Program-made: the position numbers and the translations under genes
Assembly: GCA_026391215.1 (NCBI GenBank)
Contig: JAPLDX010000090.1
Coordinates: 1-64,000 of the forward strand
Direction of reading: 5' to 3'
Source: Bacteroidia bacterium
GTDB taxonomy: Bacteria > Bacteroidota > Bacteroidia > Bacteroidales > VadinHA17
Length of the DNA stretch: 64,000 nt
Notes under the pieces: model-generated
What the model was told of the DNA's origin: nothing
What the model saw: only the letters and a program-made list of their open reading frames with translations
The model's database searches: none
Part shown: one piece after another, positions 58,922-64,000 of the stretch
How the letters are laid out: every line of letters begins with the position of its first letter
How positions within the stretch are numbered: position 1 is the stretch's first letter

Positions 58922-60367
58922 ATGAAAAGAAATCTTTCCTTTTTTCTTTCACTATTACTTCTTTTAACAAGTTCGTGCAGTAATAAAGGCAAAATGATCA
59001 TAACAAGCGTGTATGAAGGGGATAATGGAAAAGCTGTTTATTTTGACACTGAGGAGAAGAAGGGAAATCTCTTCATTTCTGACAACCTGCATCTTTATAC
59101 AATTCTTGACAAGACTGATGGTAATACATGGATAATTGTAGAACAGGCACCTGCAGTTGTTGGAGAAGGCCGTGTTGAAACAGAGCTTCAGCTTTGGAAT
59201 ATTCCTGAATCAAGGCAAATTGATCCTCCTTATTCGCTCTATGGAAGCAGTTTTGAGAAGAAGGACGGTAAGGATTGCCTTGTAATTTCTACCGGAGACG
59301 GCACAAAAGAGATTATAGTTTCGCTGGCTGATCTGCTTTCAGGAACTTTACCTGAAAAAGCGGAAAGTGCTGAAGCAGAACAGGAGATACAGGATGAAAC
59401 AGGCAAGGAATCAGGTACGGAAAGTACACCTGAAACAGGACTCCAGACTGTCGTTCTCCTGAAGCTTGGCACAAAGGAAAATGAGATTGGTCAGGGGATG
59501 GTGGATAAACAGCTTGAAGGCGGAAGATTCATTTATGCTGTGCCTTCTTTCGCTGCCTTTGAAAACAGGCTTTATATTGTTGATGCCATTAATTTCAGAG
59601 TGCTCGTTTATGATTATTCCGGCAATTTTGTGAGAAAAATAAGCTATCCCGAAAAATCTGAAGACGGATCCGTGAATGTGGTAATGGATATTTGTGTTGA
59701 TAAGGGAGTATTGTACCTCGCTGCAACCTATTCAAATTTAGTTTATGTAGTAGATTCTGAAACTGAGGATATAATTGAGATCATTACCGGATCCGATACA
59801 GAAAAAGGGAAATTCAAATATCTGGATATTCTCGCACTTGATCATGAGAAAAACCTCTTAATATCTGATTATGAGTACAATATCCTTTATGTTTACAAAA
59901 GGGACGTGGATGGCATGCATCTTTTAAGAGGCTTTCCCTATACAGAGAAAGATCAGCTTGTATTTGATACTGAGGGAAAAAACTATTCAGCTGCATCAAA
60001 CGGACAGGAAGTGACAGTATCTGATTCACAGGGAAATGTTGTCGGCAGTTTTATGTACAAATTTCCATCTGGTAATTCGCATATAATTGATATTGACGAC
60101 AATAATGTCATTTATATCCAGACTTTTGAATCCGAGTCACCTGGTGCCCAGGTAGATGAAGGTTCATACCTTAAAGTCATGCAACAGGATGGCACTATTC
60201 TGAATGATTATCCCGTACCCGTGTGGCCGGGAGGACCAATGACAAAATATATTGTTGTGGATGAACAGGGAAATATTTTTGTTGCTGAATATGATTTTAC
60301 AGGATCAGCTGATACTGAATCACAGGATATTCCTCCAACAGGATTGTTGATCAGGAAAGCAGATTAA
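58922..60367 (+). CDS. Acidic lipoprotein with C-terminal NHL/6-bladed beta-propeller
   Basis: ATG 58922 preceded by AGGAGG; lipobox TSSC; LYIVDAINFRVLVYD..G.FVR and IVVDEQGNIFVAE NHL-like blades. Confidence 0.72.
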   Translation: MKRNLSFFLSLLLLLTSSCSNKGKMIITSVYEGDNGKAVYFDTEEKKGNLFISDNLHLYTILDKTDGNTWIIVEQAPAVVGEGRVETELQLWNIPESRQIDPPYSLYGSSFEKKDGKDCLVISTGDGTKEIIVSLADLLSGTLPEKAESAEAEQEIQDETGKESGTESTPETGLQTVVLLKLGTKENEIGQGMVDKQLEGGRFIYAVPSFAAFENRLYIVDAINFRVLVYDYSGNFVRKISYPEKSEDGSVNVVMDICVDKGVLYLAATYSNLVYVVDSETEDIIEIITGSDTEKGKFKYLDILALDHEKNLLISDYEYNILYVYKRDVDGMHLLRGFPYTEKDQLVFDTEGKNYSAASNGQEVTVSDSQGNVVGSFMYKFPSGNSHIIDIDDNNVIYIQTFESESPGAQVDEGSYLKVMQQDGTILNDYPVPVWPGGPMTKYIVVDEQGNIFVAEYDFTGSADTESQDIPPTGLLIRKAD

Positions 60368-60370
60368 GAA

Positions 60371-61036
60371 ATGAAAACAAAAGTACTCTCATTTCTTTAT
60401 TTCCTCACCGGGATCTTATTTATTGTACTGGAGGATCATTCTTCTTCCCTGACAGAGCATATCCTTAAAGCTCTCATCATACCATGGCTTATTATCATAT
60501 TCATAATAAACCTCAAGCCATTTGCCAACTGTCTTAACATCCTCATGTTAGCCGGCCTTCTTTTTTCATGGGCCGGAGACATTATCCTGCAGTTTTCATT
60601 TGTTCCGGGACTTCTCTGTTTCCTGATAGCGCATGTAATGTATCTTGTCGCTTTCTTCCTGACACCGGGCAAAAATGTGATATTCACAAGTCAGTTTTAT
60701 CTGCTGATTATCTTATTACTGTACGGTGCAGGACTGATATATTATTTATATGGCGATCTTGGAGATATGCGTCTGCCTGTTTTGATATATGCCATAGTGA
60801 TCCTTACTATGCTTGCGGGGGCAATTAACAGGATGGAAAAAGTAAACAGGATCAGTTACTGGCTTGTCCTTACAGGAGCAATTTTATTTGTTCTCTCCGA
60901 TTCAGCTATTGCTGTCCATAAGTTCAGCTGGGATTTCAATTATTCAGGTGTTGCGATAATGTCAACATATATTGCTGCACAATACCTGATTACAACAGGA
61001 TTCATAAAACAATATTCCCTGAACACAAATTCCTGA
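60371..61036 (+). CDS. YhhN/TMEM86 lysoplasmalogenase family membrane protein
   Basis: GLLFSWAGDIIL, GLLCFLIAHVMY, GAILFVLSDS, TYIAAQ. Confidence 0.9.
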   Translation: MKTKVLSFLYFLTGILFIVLEDHSSSLTEHILKALIIPWLIIIFIINLKPFANCLNILMLAGLLFSWAGDIILQFSFVPGLLCFLIAHVMYLVAFFLTPGKNVIFTSQFYLLIILLLYGAGLIYYLYGDLGDMRLPVLIYAIVILTMLAGAINRMEKVNRISYWLVLTGAILFVLSDSAIAVHKFSWDFNYSGVAIMSTYIAAQYLITTGFIKQYSLNTNS

Positions 61037-61092
61037 AAAAATTTAAAATATTTCCGCTACCATTTCGTCTATGGTGGTAAAGATCCTTTGAA

Positions 61093-61653
61093 ATGAGTCC
61101 AAAAGAATCGGAAAGAATAACAGCTGCCTATAAAGACGAACATAAGCGTTTGCTCGGCTATATCAGGAACCGGATTTCCGACAGGGTTCAGGCTGAGGAT
61201 ATCCTGCAGGATGTCTTTTATCAGCTTACCGTAGGATTCAATGATATAAGGAGAATTGGAAATCTGACAGCCTGGCTCTATAAGGTCGCAGACAACCGTA
61301 TTACTGATCAATACCGCAAGAGAAGGCCGGTGATACTCAATTTTAACGATAATATATCGGATGGAGAAGAAGGTCCGCTGACTCTCGAAGAAATTTTGCC
61401 GTCGATGGGAACAACGCCTGCCGACGAAGAGTTGAAGGAGATGATATGGGAAACCATTGAAGAGTCGCTGTCAAAATTACCTGAAGAGCAGAGAAGTGTG
61501 TTCATTGAAAATGAGTTTGAGGAAAAAAGCTTCCGGGAGATATCTGAAAGAACCGGCGTGGGAGTAAATACCCTCATCTCGCGTAAACGTTATGCGGTAC
61601 TTTCTCTCCGTGAGAATCTGGCAGAATTGTATAAACTATTAAAAAATAATTAG
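61093..61653 (+). CDS. ECF RNA polymerase sigma factor
   Basis: AEDILQDVF, AWLYKVADNRITD, LPEEQRSVF, SFREISE..GV.VNTLISRKRYA. Confidence 0.93.
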   Translation: MSPKESERITAAYKDEHKRLLGYIRNRISDRVQAEDILQDVFYQLTVGFNDIRRIGNLTAWLYKVADNRITDQYRKRRPVILNFNDNISDGEEGPLTLEEILPSMGTTPADEELKEMIWETIEESLSKLPEEQRSVFIENEFEEKSFREISERTGVGVNTLISRKRYAVLSLRENLAELYKLLKNN

Positions 61654-61654
61654 T

Positions 61655-61960
61655 ATGAAAAAAGTGTTAAATGTTTTGAAGTACATTGGTTTCGGTATCC
61701 TCGGTATTGGTTTCATGATAGCTTTGACTTTCGGTATACAGGCTCTCTGGAACTGGCTGATACCTGCACTGTTCAATGGCCCTGAACTTACATTCTGGCA
61801 AACAGTCGGATTATTTATCCTGTCAAAGATCCTTCTCACTGGTGTTGCTCCCGGCGGATCAGATAAAAATGATAGTAAAAAGTGGAAGAAAAAGTACCAG
61901 GAGAAATGCAAACAGAAGGAAGCAGAAAGCCAAATCATTACAACTGCTGAACAGGTATAA
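61655..61960 (+). CDS. Small membrane protein coupled to the ECF sigma factor
   Basis: LWNWLIPALF..LTFWQ..GLFILSKIL motif, two TM segments, basic tail. Confidence 0.75.
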   Translation: MKKVLNVLKYIGFGILGIGFMIALTFGIQALWNWLIPALFNGPELTFWQTVGLFILSKILLTGVAPGGSDKNDSKKWKKKYQEKCKQKEAESQIITTAEQV

Positions 61961-61992
61961 ACTTATTAATTAAGAAACAGTAGTTTTCTTTT

Positions 61993-62031
61993 GTCCCGCA
62001 GATCATTGATCTTGCGGGACTTTGTTTTTTT
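61993..62031 (+). terminator. Rho-independent terminator
   Basis: GTCCCGCA-GATCATTGATC-TTGCGGGAC followed by TTTGTTTTTT. Confidence 0.75.
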
Positions 62032-62079
62032 CCTTATCTTTAATGTACAAGTTCGATAAGGAAACACATAAATAAGAAA

Positions 62080-64000
62080 ATGAACAGGGCAACTATTTTA
62101 TTATTGTTCATTTTAATTAATCATGTTATTTATTCTCAGGATCTGACTCAAAACATCAGAGGGAAAGTGGTTGATTCCCAAACCGAAGCTCCGCTGTTTG
62201 GCGCTGTATTAATAATCAGAAATTCAGATCCGGTACTGGGTACCAGGACTGATGTTGACGGGAATTTTGTGATTGAAAAAGTACCTGTCGGAAGACAGAC
62301 TGTTGAGGTGAGCCATATTGGCTATTTGTCATATGCCATGGAGAATATTTTTATCACCTCAAACAAGGAGACATACCTGAATTTAAAACTCGAAGAATCA
62401 GTAACTTCATTGAGTGAGGTATTAATAACGAGTAAGCTGAAGAAGGATCAGCCGTTAAATCAGAATGCTGCAGTATCTGCCAGGACATTTTCAATAGAAG
62501 AAACCGAAAAGTATTCCGGAAGTATAGGCGATCCAGCAAGGATGGCTTCGAATTTCGCAGGAATAGCCACTATCTGCGACCAGCGAAATGATATTGTAAT
62601 TCGCGGAAATTCCCCTCTTGGAGTGTTGTGGCGGCTGGATGGAATTGATATACCAAATCCAAATCATTTTTCATCCTTTGGCGCAAGCGGAGGTCCGATA
62701 AGTATTTTGAATAATAATCTTCTCACCAATTCCGATTTTTTCACGGGTGCTTTCCCGGCAGAATATGGGAATGCCCTTAGCGGGGTTTTCGATCTCAAAA
62801 TGCGGTCAGCAAGCAACCTGAAATACGAATTTGTCACCCAGGTTGGAATGAATGGTTTTGAAATCGGTGCTGAAGGCCCTATAATAAATAACAAATCTTC
62901 CTTTCTGATAAATTACAGATACTCAACGCTTGCCATTGTTGATGCAATGGGCTTTAAGGTAGGAATAGATGCTATCCCTTACTATCAGGATGCTTCATTT
63001 AAAATTACTTCAAATAATACAAAATTCGGGAAATTCTCACTTATAGGGATAGGCGGTTACAGCTATGACCATGAGTTTGACTCTAAGAAAGACACATCGC
63101 AGCTTAAAAACGGAAGCGGAGAAGATTTTACCTTCGGATCGGGAATGGGATCAGTCGGATTAATTCATAAGCTGCTGATTAATAACAGAATCAATATCGA
63201 AAACATAATCAGCCTTTCATATACAATAAGCCACATTTCTGAAGATAATTTTACCATCCAGGATCCGGTACCTGCAATATATTACCGTCAGAAATCGGAT
63301 GAGAAAGGCATTAATTTTTCAACAAATATCCGGTATAAGCCGGATCCAAGAAACGCATTCCAGGCTGGCATTAGTTTTCAGATGCTCAAATTTCAATTCG
63401 CCGATAGCGTAAAATCCGGAAATGATTTTATAGTAAACCTCGACCAGAAAGGAACTTATGATCTTTTGAAATCTTTTGTTCAATGGCAGCATAAATTCTC
63501 TGATAATTTACTCGTTTACAGCGGATTCAATTTTATGCTTTTTACGTTTAACAACAAATCTTCTGCTGAGCCGAGGCTTGGGCTGAAGTGGAGTTTTAAT
63601 CCAAGACATTCTGTAAATATAGGATTCGGATTACACAGCCAGCTTATTCCCCGGATGTTTTATGTAGTTGAAAGTGAAATAAATCCTGGCGAATATGATC
63701 CGATGAATCAGAAACTTGGCTTCTCGAAAAGCCTGCATTCAGTTATTGGCTACAACTTTCTGATATCAGAGAATCTGCGATTGAAATTTGAAACATATTT
63801 TCAGCATTTGTATGAAATCCCCGTAAAGAAAGGGAATCCAGTTTATTCAATCATAAACTTTGGCGATAGTTATTTTGACCAGCTCCCGATCATTGATAGT
63901 CTCGTAAATAAAGGGACAGGTAAAAATTACGGAATAGAATTAACCCTGGAAAAATTCCTCGATAAAGGTTATTATGCTCTTTTTACAGGGTCCCTGTTCG
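62080..64000 (+). CDS. TonB-dependent receptor with N-terminal carboxypeptidase-regulatory-like domain (runs off window end)
   Basis: Manual translation from ATG 62080: MNRATILLLFIL...IRGKVVDSQTEAPLFGA...DPARMASNFAG...RNDIVIRGNSPLGVLWRLDGIDIPNPNHF...GAFPAEYGNALSGVFD. Confidence 0.9.
   Translation, partial: MNRATILLLFILINHVIYSQDLTQNIRGKVVDSQTEAPLFGAVLIIRNSDPVLGTRTDVDGNFVIEKVPVGRQTVEVSHIGYLSYAMENIFITSNKETYLNLKLEESVTSLSEVLITSKLKKDQPLNQNAAVSARTFSIEETEKYSGSIGDPARMASNFAGIATICDQRNDIVIRGNSPLGVLWRLDGIDIPNPNHFSSFGASGGPISILNNNLLTNSDFFTGAFPAEYGNALSGVFDLKMRSASNLKYEFVTQVGMNGFEIGAEGPIINNKSSFLINYRYSTLAIVDAMGFKVGIDAIPYYQDASFKITSNNTKFGKFSLIGIGGYSYDHEFDSKKDTSQLKNGSGEDFTFGSGMGSVGLIHKLLINNRINIENIISLSYTISHISEDNFTIQDPVPAIYYRQKSDEKGINFSTNIRYKPDPRNAFQAGISFQMLKFQFADSVKSGNDFIVNLDQKGTYDLLKSFVQWQHKFSDNLLVYSGFNFMLFTFNNKSSAEPRLGLKWSFNPRHSVNIGFGLHSQLIPRMFYVVESEINPGEYDPMNQKLGFSKSLHSVIGYNFLISENLRLKFETYFQHLYEIPVKKGNPVYSIINFGDSYFDQLPIIDSLVNKGTGKNYGIELTLEKFLDKGYYALFTGSLF

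Overview
AT-rich, gene-dense chromosomal window from a Bacteroidota organism, probably an anaerobic Bacteroidales-like one. The assignment rests on SusC/SusD, a T9SS C-terminal domain, TAnnTTTG promoters and serine palmitoyltransferase. Contents, left to right: araA plus a sodium:solute symporter; an acyltransferase, a sialidase-like protein and a patatin; an MgtE-N/CBS + Nramp operon preceded by what looks like a leader-peptide translational attenuator; an spt-SDR pair divergent from a steroid 5-alpha-reductase-family gene; a pectin methylesterase; tRNA-Lys(CTT) followed by an AT-rich island (ELWxxDGT repeat protein, FN3/DUF1566 lipoprotein); and a Fur/PerR-DPSL operon behind a 17-bp-period array of Fur-box-like palindromes. 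Next is a ~22 kb xylan-type locus: xylA, xylB, LacI, a GH115 remnant, two DUF6807/PmoA-like genes, SusC/D, a Gfo/Idh/MocA oxidoreductase, CE15 and GH3. It also contains a four-gene cobalamin methyl-transfer module (corrinoid protein, pterin-binding methyltransferase, MetV-MetF fusion, reactivation domain), and one LacI-type operator recurs across the locus. The remainder holds lipid-modification genes, a prolyl oligopeptidase, a GH172-Gfo/Idh/MocA-TIM-GH116 cluster, outer-membrane proteins, an ECF sigma factor and a TonB-dependent receptor. Main hypotheses: (1) B12-dependent O-demethylation of 4-O-methylglucuronate coupled to a glucuronoxylan PUL; (2) a Mg2+-sensing uORF attenuator; (3) a phased Fur-box array. 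A family of GC-rich REP-like double hairpins and three genes collapsed by large internal deletions are also present. All family assignments come from motif recognition by eye; no searches were run.
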